Origin: Halarcobacter sp.
GTDB taxonomy: Bacteria > Campylobacterota > Campylobacteria > Campylobacterales > Arcobacteraceae
Reading direction: 5' to 3'
NCBI GenBank assembly: GCA_048571215.1
Contig: CP182352.1
Location: 1,728,001 to 1,792,000 of the forward strand
Length of the DNA stretch: 64,000 nt
The first letter of the stretch is position 1, and every line of letters begins with the position of its first letter. The notes under the pieces were generated by a model, which had not been told where the DNA came from, did not search any database, and worked only from the letters and a program-made list of their open reading frames with translations. Both the position numbers and the translations under genes were made by a program. Below are positions 53,022-61,979 of this stretch, in pieces.

Positions 53022-54146
53022 TTATAATAGATTTCCATATTTATAGTAGGCACTACATGCCCCTTCACTTGATACCATACACGATCCTAATGGGCTACTT
53101 GGTTTACATGCTGTTCCAAATACACTACAATCATTTGGTTTGGCTACACCTCTCATGATTTGACCACAGATACATAACTTATGATCGTCAATTTTTTCAT
53201 TTGGTAAGATATCTTTATATATAACTTCGGCATCTAAAGAGGCGTATTCATCTCTTAGTCTAAAGGCTGAATTTGGAATATCCCCTATTCCTCTCCACCT
53301 AAAGCTATCTAATCTTGTGAAAAATTTATCATTTAATTTTTGTGCTGCTAGATTTCCATCATAAGAAACTGCTCTTGAGTACTCCACTTCTAAATCACAT
53401 CTGCTTTCATTAAACTGTTTTACTATCATATATATTGATTGCATCACATCAACTGGTTCAAAACCACTTACCACAACTGGTTTTTTATAATCTTTTACAA
53501 ACTCATCATATATCTTACTTCCACTTATCACACTTACATGTGATGGTCCTATAAAAGCATCTATTTTACAATCACTGCTATCAAGAAGGGCTTTCATAGG
53601 TTCTGGTACTGTGATATGATTTATATGAAAAAGGATATTTTTTATATTTGCTTTTTCAACTTGTTGCAAGAGTGCTGATGTCATTGGAGTTGTTGTTTCA
53701 AAACCTATGGCAAAAAATATTATCTTTTTATTTGGATTTTCAAGAGCTATTTTTAGAGTATCTAAAGGGGAATATACAAACCTTACATCAGCTCCTTTAC
53801 TTCTAGCATCTTGTAAACTTCCACGACTACCTGGAACTTTTACCATATCTCCTAAAGTTACTAAGATAACATCTTCTTGTAAACTTAAAATATAAGCATG
53901 GTCTATTCTCTCTTTTGGCATAACACAAACAGGACAGCCAGGTCCATGAATAAACTCTACATTTTCAGGCATTAGTTGATTTAGACCATATTTCATAATA
54001 GTATGGGTATGTCCACCACACACTTCCATAATATGAATTTTTTTATCTAGTTTTTTAGCCTCTTCATCAACCAATTGTTTTAAAGCTTTTATGGTTTTTG
54101 GATCTCTAAAACCATCATACAAATCTTTTAATTTTAATTCACTCAT
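53022..54146 (-). CDS. hypD: Hydrogenase maturation protein
   Basis: MEVCGGHTH, GPGCPVCV, GFETT, GPSHVS, CMVSSEGAC. Confidence 0.97.
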   Translation of the reverse strand: MSELKLKDLYDGFRDPKTIKALKQLVDEEAKKLDKKIHIMEVCGGHTHTIMKYGLNQLMPENVEFIHGPGCPVCVMPKERIDHAYILSLQEDVILVTLGDMVKVPGSRGSLQDARSKGADVRFVYSPLDTLKIALENPNKKIIFFAIGFETTTPMTSALLQQVEKANIKNILFHINHITVPEPMKALLDSSDCKIDAFIGPSHVSVISGSKIYDEFVKDYKKPVVVSGFEPVDVMQSIYMIVKQFNESRCDLEVEYSRAVSYDGNLAAQKLNDKFFTRLDSFRWRGIGDIPNSAFRLRDEYASLDAEVIYKDILPNEKIDDHKLCICGQIMRGVAKPNDCSVFGTACKPSSPLGSCMVSSEGACSAYYKYGNLL

Positions 54147-54151
54147 AAATT

Positions 54152-54436
54152 TTAGGCTCTACTAGGACAATTATCTGATTCTTCTATGGCAGCTTGCCTA
54201 TCTTGTTCTTCCATTTTGTCTATTATTTCACGATAAACTTCAAGACTAGCTAGGGCATCCTCTTCGTCTATTTTGTTCATTGCAAAACCAATATGAATAA
54301 GAACATAATCACCCACTACAACGGGTTGATCTATTAAATCCAAAGAGGCACTTCTTTCTACACCCATAGTATCTACAGTACAAACATTATTTTCTTCATC
54401 TATATGGGTTACTTTTGAAGGGATTGATAAACACAT
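54152..54436 (-). CDS. hypC: Hydrogenase maturation chaperone
   Basis: MCLSIP, GDYVLIHIGFA. Confidence 0.96.
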   Translation of the reverse strand: MCLSIPSKVTHIDEENNVCTVDTMGVERSASLDLIDQPVVVGDYVLIHIGFAMNKIDEEDALASLEVYREIIDKMEEQDRQAAIEESDNCPSRA

Positions 54437-54559
54437 ATTTTTTCCTTAAAATGTCCCATTTTGATGGGACCAATAAATTTAATAACTTCTTTTAACAGGG
54501 AAAATAAATTTCGCTTAAAGAAGCAAATCCTAAAGAGCGTAACAAGTTACGCTTAATGC

Positions 54560-55348
54560 TTATCGCATTTTTCTTTTAAAATTAATCCAATCTACAACTG
54601 CTTGTAAACTTTTTTCATCTTTTGTTGATACTTCTAAGATATCTACATTAGGTTTTAATTTTCTAGCTTGGGCTTTCTCTTTTTCCATATCGTATTCAAA
54701 ATATGGCAACAAATCTGTTTTTGTAAAAAGAATTAAATCAGCAGTTCTAAACATAACTGGATATTTCTCTACTTTATCTTCCCCTTCAGGAATAGATACT
54801 AAAACTATATTTAGGTGAGTTCCCACATCATAAGAAGCAGGACAAACTAAATTTCCAACATTTTCCACAAAACATACATCTAAATCATCAAGGGGCATAT
54901 CGTGTAAACCCTTATGAACCATAAAGGCATCTAAATGGCAAGCTGAACCAGTTTGTATTTGAACTGCTTTTATCCCTTTTGTTATTAACCTATCTGCATC
55001 TCTGTTTGTTTCTAAATCCCCTTCTACAACCCCATATTTAAAATCAGCAAGTTCTGCCATATGTTCTAAAAGTGTTGTTTTTCCACTTCCTGGACTACTC
55101 ATTAGATTGATACCCAATACCTTGTGATTATCAAAATGAGCTCTATTGTGAGCTGCTTCATGATCATTTTTATCTAGTATCTTTTTTATAACTGAGATTG
55201 TTTTACTATCGTTTAGCTGTGGGTTATGGTGTAAAGTCTCATGGGCTGCTTGATGTGATTTGCTATCATGAGAGTGTGAGTGTTCATGATCATGGTCATG
55301 GTCATGATGGTGGTGGTCTGTTATACTACATCCGCAATCTTGGCACAT
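54560..55348 (-). CDS. hypB: Hydrogenase nickel GTPase with His-rich N-terminus
   Basis: MCQDCGC, His-rich tract, SSPGSGKTT, CHLDA, ENVGNLVCP. Confidence 0.97.
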   Translation of the reverse strand: MCQDCGCSITDHHHHDHDHDHEHSHSHDSKSHQAAHETLHHNPQLNDSKTISVIKKILDKNDHEAAHNRAHFDNHKVLGINLMSSPGSGKTTLLEHMAELADFKYGVVEGDLETNRDADRLITKGIKAVQIQTGSACHLDAFMVHKGLHDMPLDDLDVCFVENVGNLVCPASYDVGTHLNIVLVSIPEGEDKVEKYPVMFRTADLILFTKTDLLPYFEYDMEKEKAQARKLKPNVDILEVSTKDEKSLQAVVDWINFKRKMR

Positions 55349-55420
55349 ATAATTATCCTTTTATTTTTCCCTTAGGGAGTTATTTTTATTTATCTTTTTT
55401 AAACTCTTATAACCTGAATA

Positions 55421-55463
55421 TATGTTCAGTTTCATGCAGTTTATTGTAATGAAACTGAATATA
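55421..55463. promoter_or_regulatory. 15-bp inverted repeat in the divergent hypB / DUF808 intergenic region
   Basis: tatgttcagtttcat - 13 nt - atgaaactgaatata, 14/15 complementary. Confidence 0.55.
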
Positions 55464-55584
55464 ATCTAATACTTGCTATCACTTATGCATTTTTTGAACC
55501 ATTAAAATATAATTTGTCCTTTCAATATAACTTGTTTTAACAACTTTTTAAATAAAATACAAGAAAAAATTATCAAGGAAACAA

Positions 55585-56700
55585 ATGTCAGGTATATTAG
55601 GATATTTATCAATATTAGCAGATGATATTAGTACCTTAGCAGGTAAAACAATTGTAACAGCTTCAAAATCCCTTGCAACTTCCCTTGATGATATTGGAAT
55701 TTTATTTGATGATATAGTTACTTACACAAAACTTGCAAGTGCAAAATCTTCTGCTCTTTTGGTAGATGATCTTGCTGCCATTTCTAGTTTTACAAATGAA
55801 ACAACCTCTGATATATTAAAAAAAGAGTTAGCAAAAGCCGGTTCAATTGAAGAGTTGAAACAAAATATTAAAAATCTTGATAAAAAATCCCAAAAAGAGA
55901 TATTGGATGAATTAACAAAAATTAAAAACACTCTACTTAAAGAAGCTCAAAAAAATGCAGCAGCAAGAGAGCTTCCTATTGTATATAAGATTGCAAAAGG
56001 GAGTTTTAAAAACAAAATTATAATTATCCCTATAGTATTAATACTAAGTGCCATAGCTCCTTGGCTAATCTCTCCTGCTCTAATCTTAGGAGGTACCTAT
56101 TTAGCCTACGAGGGGGTAGAAGTTATTTTAGAAAAGTTTTTTCCCCATCAAGCCCATGAAGAGAATAATCATACTAAAAAAAATATTAGCAATGAAGAGT
56201 TTGAAAAACAAAAGGTTAAAAGTGCTGTTAAAACAGACTTTATTTTATCTTTTGAAATTATAGTAATAGCCTATAGTCTCCTAACCCAATCTGATTTCTT
56301 AGTAAAAATAGTAGTACTTATTTTAATAGGTATCATAACAACTATAGGTGTTTATGGAATAGTTGCTTTGATTATAAAACTTGATGATATTGGCTTTTAT
56401 CTACAAGAGAAAACTTCAAGTTTATTACAAGCTATTGGAGTAGGTCTTGTAAATGCTATGCCTGTTGTTATAAAGGTTATCTCTATTATTGGTACTATTG
56501 CTATGTTAGCAGTTGGAGGTGGAATTGTTGCCCATGAAACCCATGCCTTACATTTTTTAGATAATACAATTGAAAACTTAGGTGCTTTTTCATGGTTTAG
56601 CTCTTTTATTTTAGAGATTATATTTGGTCTTATTGTTGGTTTTTTTGCAGTTAAACTACTACAAATAGCAAATCCTATTTTTAAAAAATATAAAAGATAG
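55585..56700 (+). CDS. DUF808/YedI-family inner membrane protein
   Basis: DDLA, RELPIVYKIAKGS, GGTYLAYEG, TDFILSFEI, VYGIVALIIKLDDIG, GTIAMLAVGGGI. Confidence 0.88.
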   Translation: MSGILGYLSILADDISTLAGKTIVTASKSLATSLDDIGILFDDIVTYTKLASAKSSALLVDDLAAISSFTNETTSDILKKELAKAGSIEELKQNIKNLDKKSQKEILDELTKIKNTLLKEAQKNAAARELPIVYKIAKGSFKNKIIIIPIVLILSAIAPWLISPALILGGTYLAYEGVEVILEKFFPHQAHEENNHTKKNISNEEFEKQKVKSAVKTDFILSFEIIVIAYSLLTQSDFLVKIVVLILIGIITTIGVYGIVALIIKLDDIGFYLQEKTSSLLQAIGVGLVNAMPVVIKVISIIGTIAMLAVGGGIVAHETHALHFLDNTIENLGAFSWFSSFILEIIFGLIVGFFAVKLLQIANPIFKKYKR

Positions 56701-56711
56701 TATAAAATCTT

Positions 56712-57365
56712 ATGAAAATAATTAGTTGTCCCTTTTGCAAACATAAAAGACTCTACTCTTTACAAGATGATTATAAAAAATGTGCCTCTTGTAAGCGAAA
56801 ATTTTCTTTAAAGAAACTCAATACTGATATAAAAATTATCCAATTTTTTTGTAATAGTATTAATGCTAACAGATGTGCTAAACTTTTAAAGGTAAACTAT
56901 AGAACTGTACAAAATAGATATATGCTTTTTAGAAAGCTTATAGCCGTATATTTAGAAGAACAATACCAAAGTTCAATAAAAGACAATAGCTCATATGAAG
57001 AGTTTTACTATTTTACTTCCAGACAAAAAAAAGATAGAAAAAAATCTTTATATGATGCTATAAATATAATAGGTTTTTATTCAAATAAAAAAATCTACAC
57101 ACTTTTAATGCCAAGACTTCCCAAATACAATACATTTGAAGATAATAAGACTTTTGAAAACTATCTAAGATGGCATAGAATCTATTCTCAAAATTCATAT
57201 ACAACACCCCTATATGTTTTTTGGAAATACCTAGAAGAGAACTTAAAAAAATATAAAGGTATAGATGAAGAAAACTTTTTTTACTATTTAAAAGAGTGTG
57301 AATTTAAGTTTAACTATCTTCAAAATAAACAAATCGAAATTTTAAAAGAGATTTATTTTAAATAA
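56712..57365 (+). CDS. IS1595/IS1016-like transposase-derived protein, probably catalytically degenerate
   Basis: CPFC..CASC Zn ribbon, HTH (ANRCAKLLKVNYRTV), C-terminal FW...KGI...YLKECEFKFN; no terminal IRs seen. Confidence 0.7.
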   Translation: MKIISCPFCKHKRLYSLQDDYKKCASCKRKFSLKKLNTDIKIIQFFCNSINANRCAKLLKVNYRTVQNRYMLFRKLIAVYLEEQYQSSIKDNSSYEEFYYFTSRQKKDRKKSLYDAINIIGFYSNKKIYTLLMPRLPKYNTFEDNKTFENYLRWHRIYSQNSYTTPLYVFWKYLEENLKKYKGIDEENFFYYLKECEFKFNYLQNKQIEILKEIYFK

Positions 57366-57500
57366 TTTGTTTTATATAAATAGGAGATTCATTTTTTTTA
57401 ACTACTTTTTTTTATCTTCTAAAAAATAAAAAGATGAAACTATAAAAATACTAAAAACTAGAAAAAAAAGAGAATGTATTTTTTATACTCTTCATAATAA

Positions 57501-58253
57501 TCAAGCATACATAGATTCTTTTTTTATGTCATTATAATGTTTTAAAATAATATTATATCCATCTAGTCTTTCTTGATGTTGGTCTATAACTTTTGGGTGA
57601 GTTTTAGGATTTGCTAATGCTTCTTTATGCATTGAGATAACATCACCTAAAAATTTATTAAAATCTATATTCATATTATCATAATCCCATTTCCACATAT
57701 TTTCTGTTTCAGCTTCAACATAAAAAGATGGCATTAATTCATATCCAAAGTGAGCCTGCGCCACGTTCATTTTTACTTGACCTAAAACTGTCATTCTATA
57801 AATATCATCATCTAACTCTCTTGCTGTTCTGTATAAGGCTTCATTAAAGGTTTTATCATTTGTTGTTCGTGTAGCAAGTAACATATCGCCAATTTGATTT
57901 GTTTTATATACAATAGGTGTATTATTAATCTGTTCTTTAGTAAAATCACCTTGTGGATAAGCAATATACTCAAACTTTTCTGCTTGCTCATAAGTTAAGC
58001 TATCCATCTCAGCCATTGTAATTTGATCATCTTTTAGTATTTCCCTAAACAGTTTTCTATCTTCAGGTGATAAAGAATCAAAATAGTTAAACTGATCCAT
58101 ATATTTTATATATAGCCCTACCTCTTCTTTCTCTTCTGTTTTTTCTGAACTTGTTAGCATTGAAGAGAAAGAGTTTTCTTCTGTCTTTTCTGTTTTTGTT
58201 ATATTATTTGTTTGAGTATAGTAGTTTGTATATGTATTATTTGATACTTGCAT
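57501..58253 (-). CDS. Hypothetical protein
   Basis: 250-aa ORF with AAGGAG SD; Thr/Asn-rich N-terminus; no recognised domain. Confidence 0.75.
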   Translation of the reverse strand: MQVSNNTYTNYYTQTNNITKTEKTEENSFSSMLTSSEKTEEKEEVGLYIKYMDQFNYFDSLSPEDRKLFREILKDDQITMAEMDSLTYEQAEKFEYIAYPQGDFTKEQINNTPIVYKTNQIGDMLLATRTTNDKTFNEALYRTARELDDDIYRMTVLGQVKMNVAQAHFGYELMPSFYVEAETENMWKWDYDNMNIDFNKFLGDVISMHKEALANPKTHPKVIDQHQERLDGYNIILKHYNDIKKESMYA

Positions 58254-58468
58254 AATAACTCCTTTATTATAATTCTACTCCTTTTTAGTTAATAAAAAAT
58301 AAATATAATTATATTTTAATATAGAATTATATATTTTATTATTTAAAAAACCAAAACTGACTTTATATATGAAATCGACTACACATAAACTCTACATTAA
58401 TAAATTATAATTATAAAGCTATTATAATTTTAACTCATTATAATATCGAAAAATTTATAAGGATGTTT

Positions 58469-58768
58469 ATGTTGAGTAGTGCCATTAAAAGATTTAGAAT
58501 GATTTCTGCAATAGAGGGTATATCTTTTTTACTTTTAGTTTTTATTGCCATGCCAATAAAATATATAGGAGAAAACCCTTATCCTGTTAAAATATTTGGA
58601 ATGGTCCATGGGGTTTTATTTATAATATTTATGATTTCATTATTTGAAGCTAAAAAAAGAACTAACTTTGATACCGGTTTTATGTTTCAGCTTTTTGTTT
58701 TATCACTAATCCCATTTGGGGCAATTTTTATAGAAAAAAAGGTTAAACCCTTAGATAATAAAATTTAA
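58469..58768 (+). CDS. DUF3817 family membrane protein
   Basis: FRMISAIEGISFLLLVFIAMPIKY, GMVHGVLF, SLIPFG; start 58469 after AAGGA. Confidence 0.85.
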   Translation: MLSSAIKRFRMISAIEGISFLLLVFIAMPIKYIGENPYPVKIFGMVHGVLFIIFMISLFEAKKRTNFDTGFMFQLFVLSLIPFGAIFIEKKVKPLDNKI

Positions 58769-60987
58769 ACTTGTGAGTATATCTGTCCTACAGATATACC
58801 TGCATCATTTAGAGGGATTTTTTTAGAGTAATAAACTTTTATAAAATTGTCATTTAGTTTTTTAGTAACCAACTGTAAAAGTGTTTTATTTTGAAAAACT
58901 CCACCTGTCAATACTACAGGCAATCCCCTGTAATTTGTACTAATATCAAAAATGATATCAACTAACATATTTATAAACTTTGTACAGATTTTCTTATCAT
59001 CATTATCTTTAACTATCTGTTTTATACAAGGACTTATATCGATTTTATCTTCAAGTAATTCATAAGTATAACTATCTTTGATAACATCATCATAAAACAT
59101 CTCTATTTTAAGCCCTGTTTCACCCTCATAGCTTTGTTCATGTGCAATATTGGCAAAAGATGCTATTGCATCAAAAACTCTTCCTATAGAGCTTGTAAGT
59201 GGAGAGTTTAAATCATTTTCCCACATCTTATGATATAAACCTATTTCACTATATGAAAACTTTTTTAAAAGTGGCAAATCTAATAATCTTATCTCAGCTA
59301 AACTATAGTTATCAAATAGCAATGACAAGGCCACTCTTTTGGGTTCTTTTATACTCTTTTCACCACCTAAAAGTTTAAAATAATTTATATGATTTATCCT
59401 TTTATACTCTTTTTTACTTGCTAATAAAACCTCTCCACCCCAAATCTTTCCATCTTCACCAAAACCTGTACCATCAAAACTAAAGGCTAATACTTTTTCA
59501 TCTAAATTATATTCACACATAGTTGATAAAACATGAGCATGATGGTGTTGTATTTGTACCACTTCACAGTTTTGTTTCATAGCCCATTTTGTACTCTCAT
59601 AATTTTTATGTTTATCACAAACTATTAAATCTGGTTCAAAATCGTAAAATCTTTTAAAGGTTTCAATTGTTCTTTCAAAATATTCCATAGAGCTTATTGA
59701 ATCCAAATCTGCAATATGGGGTGAAACTATTAAAGTATCATCAAAAGCTAATGAAATAGTAGATTTTTGATTTGCACCTAAGGCTAATATCTTTTTATTT
59801 AATTTTTTAGCAAGTTTAAATGAACTTGGGGCAAAACCCCTTGCATTTCTTAAGATTTGTAGTTCATCATTTACAACTTGTACTACAGAATCATCACAAG
59901 CATTGATTATGTCCCTATTAAAATCCAAAACATAATCTACAACCTTATCAAGCTTTATCAAAATCTCATCTTTAAATCTAATAATTGGTTCCCCACTTAG
60001 ATTTGCACTTGTTGCAACTATTGGATTACTTAAATACTTGAAAAGGAGCAAATGTAAAGGAGTATAAGCTATAAAACAACCTACCCTATCAATATTTGGG
60101 GCAACAAAACTGCTTAAACCCATAGAGTTTGATTTTACTACTGTGATTGGTTTCTCTTTTGAGTTTATTATCTCCTCTTCTTTTGGAGTAATTGTAAGAT
60201 ATTTTTTTATTTGCTTAAGAGATTTGAACATAACAGCCAAAGGTTTTGTTGGTCTATTTTTTCTTTGTCTTAGCTGTTCAACAGCTAAATCATTGGTTGC
60301 ATCACAAACAATATGAAAACCTCCCAAACCTTTTATAGCTACTATACTACCTTCGTTGATAAGTTTTGCGAGGTCTTTTAAGGCTTCATTATCTTTTGAT
60401 ATTTTTATGCCATTTTTATCTAAAAGTTGTATTGTAGGTCCACACTCTCTACAAGAGAGTGGTTGAGCATGGTATCTTCTATTTGATGGGTCTTTATACT
60501 CTTTTTTACAACTTCTACAAAGGGTAAAATTATCCATAGAGGTATTTACCCTATCATAAGGAACTGTTTTTATAATAGAATATCTAGGACCACAGTTTGT
60601 ACAATTGGTAAAAGGATACTCAAATCTTGGATTATTTACATCACTTATATCATCAATACAATCTTCACATATGGCGATATCAGGAGATATAATTGTAGTT
60701 TTATTTGAGTTTGATTTACTTTTTACTATCTCAAAAGTATTGAACCCTTCAATATCCCTTTCTAAACAGTTTATCTCAAATATTTTTGATAAAGGTGGAG
60801 CAAGTTGCGTTATATCATCTATAAAAGACTCAATAGCTAACTCATCACCTTCTATGCAGATATTTACACCCGTATCAGAGTTATTTACCCAACCATTTAA
60901 AGAGTATTTTGTTGCTAAGTTATAAATAAAAGGACGAAAACCAACCCCTTGAACTACACCTTTTATCTCTATTGCAAGTGATTTCAT
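58765..60987 (-). CDS. hypF: Carbamoyltransferase
   Basis: GVVQGVGFRPF, CTNCGPRYS, KGLGGFH, HHHAH, DGTGFGEDG..WGGE, GGVFQN. Confidence 0.97.
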   Translation of the reverse strand: MKSLAIEIKGVVQGVGFRPFIYNLATKYSLNGWVNNSDTGVNICIEGDELAIESFIDDITQLAPPLSKIFEINCLERDIEGFNTFEIVKSKSNSNKTTIISPDIAICEDCIDDISDVNNPRFEYPFTNCTNCGPRYSIIKTVPYDRVNTSMDNFTLCRSCKKEYKDPSNRRYHAQPLSCRECGPTIQLLDKNGIKISKDNEALKDLAKLINEGSIVAIKGLGGFHIVCDATNDLAVEQLRQRKNRPTKPLAVMFKSLKQIKKYLTITPKEEEIINSKEKPITVVKSNSMGLSSFVAPNIDRVGCFIAYTPLHLLLFKYLSNPIVATSANLSGEPIIRFKDEILIKLDKVVDYVLDFNRDIINACDDSVVQVVNDELQILRNARGFAPSSFKLAKKLNKKILALGANQKSTISLAFDDTLIVSPHIADLDSISSMEYFERTIETFKRFYDFEPDLIVCDKHKNYESTKWAMKQNCEVVQIQHHHAHVLSTMCEYNLDEKVLAFSFDGTGFGEDGKIWGGEVLLASKKEYKRINHINYFKLLGGEKSIKEPKRVALSLLFDNYSLAEIRLLDLPLLKKFSYSEIGLYHKMWENDLNSPLTSSIGRVFDAIASFANIAHEQSYEGETGLKIEMFYDDVIKDSYTYELLEDKIDISPCIKQIVKDNDDKKICTKFINMLVDIIFDISTNYRGLPVVLTGGVFQNKTLLQLVTKKLNDNFIKVYYSKKIPLNDAGISVGQIYSQV

Positions 60988-61176
60988 AAATTATCCAATA
61001 TATAAGTTTATTTATAATTGTATTGGAAAATCCTTATTGTAAAATTATTTAGACTATCTTATATAAACAAATAAGATAATCAAACATAAATAGGTTCTTT
61101 TTTTATATTATTATAATGTTTTAAAACTCTCACTCTATATAAAATAAAAAGGATTATATATCATATAAATTCAAAA

Positions 61177-61351
61177 ATATTACATCACAAGTTGTACCGC
61201 GAATATCACAACTAATAAAAGGGGGGAGTAAAATTAGCTGTTTGGTAATCTTGTATTTTGATCAAACAAAAAGGGAGTGGGGCACTTGTGATTAGCAAGT
61301 ATAATAAATATACAAAGCTTGGTATTCACGGCACAACTTCTAATGTAATAT
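61177..61351 (-). ncRNA. Candidate structured sRNA (long closing duplex, C/U-rich loops)
   Basis: 32-position stem 61177-61208/61320-61351 enclosing three hairpins; G-U bias favours minus strand; TAAAAT at 61374-61369. Confidence 0.65.
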
Positions 61352-61414
61352 CTTTAATAAAGATTGAAATTTTAACTTTTATATAAATAAACTCCTTTTT
61401 TCTTAATAGTTTTT

Positions 61415-61978
61415 CTAAATTGTAAAATCATTTACTATAGACCTTTTAAAAGAGATTTTTGATATATCTTCTATACTTATAGTCTCATTTTTTATTTTTA
61501 ATTCTACATCCAACTTTTGTAACTCATTGACAAGGGTTTTTTCCATTGTTTTTACAGCTTGAATAATCTCAAAACTCAATTCAAATGCTGTATCATCAGC
61601 AACTCTTTTTGGAATTACACCTAATACATGTGTACTAGGTAAATCACCATTCATCTTTATCATATTTAGAGTTTGAAGCATCTCTACTTCGTGGGCACTA
61701 CCTTGCCAATCTATTTCACTAGGAGCTTTTAAATAATCAAAAAAATAAACATCTCCAGCTTTTGAATTTAAAGCATCGATACAATCAATAACAAAAACCT
61801 TATCAAATCTAACAATCAAAGGGATAAGTCTTTGGGCCAAAGTACCCCCATCAACTATACAAACTCTATTATCTTTTGAATTATATTTATATTTTTCATC
61901 CATATAGTGAACAAAATGTGCTCCTATCCCCTCATCTTGAAATAAGATATTTCCAATACCTAAGATTAATATATCCAT
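61415..61978 (-). CDS. hydD: Hydrogenase maturation endopeptidase
   Basis: LGIGNILFQDEGIG, VDGGT, SAHE. Confidence 0.93.
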   Translation of the reverse strand: MDILILGIGNILFQDEGIGAHFVHYMDEKYKYNSKDNRVCIVDGGTLAQRLIPLIVRFDKVFVIDCIDALNSKAGDVYFFDYLKAPSEIDWQGSAHEVEMLQTLNMIKMNGDLPSTHVLGVIPKRVADDTAFELSFEIIQAVKTMEKTLVNELQKLDVELKIKNETISIEDISKISFKRSIVNDFTI

Positions 61979-61979
61979 A

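Noticed and set aside
55255..55320. Short tandem-like repeats in hypB (catggt units)
   Set aside because: They simply encode the known His/Asp-rich nickel-binding tract
57386..57480. Imperfect A/T-rich long hairpin after the transposase-like gene as an IS end
   Set aside because: Low-complexity pairing with no matching left end upstream
58370..58402. Sigma28-like promoter (CGATTT) upstream of the 250-aa hypothetical gene
   Set aside because: Weak -35 and spacing; such short motifs arise by chance in AT-rich DNA, and fliA presence is unknown
61177..61351. 6S RNA or CsrB-like (plus-strand GGA loops) identity for the structured element
   Set aside because: The interior is multi-branched rather than a rod with a central bubble, there are only two GGA motifs, and G-U bias favours the minus strand; not fully excluded without cmscan
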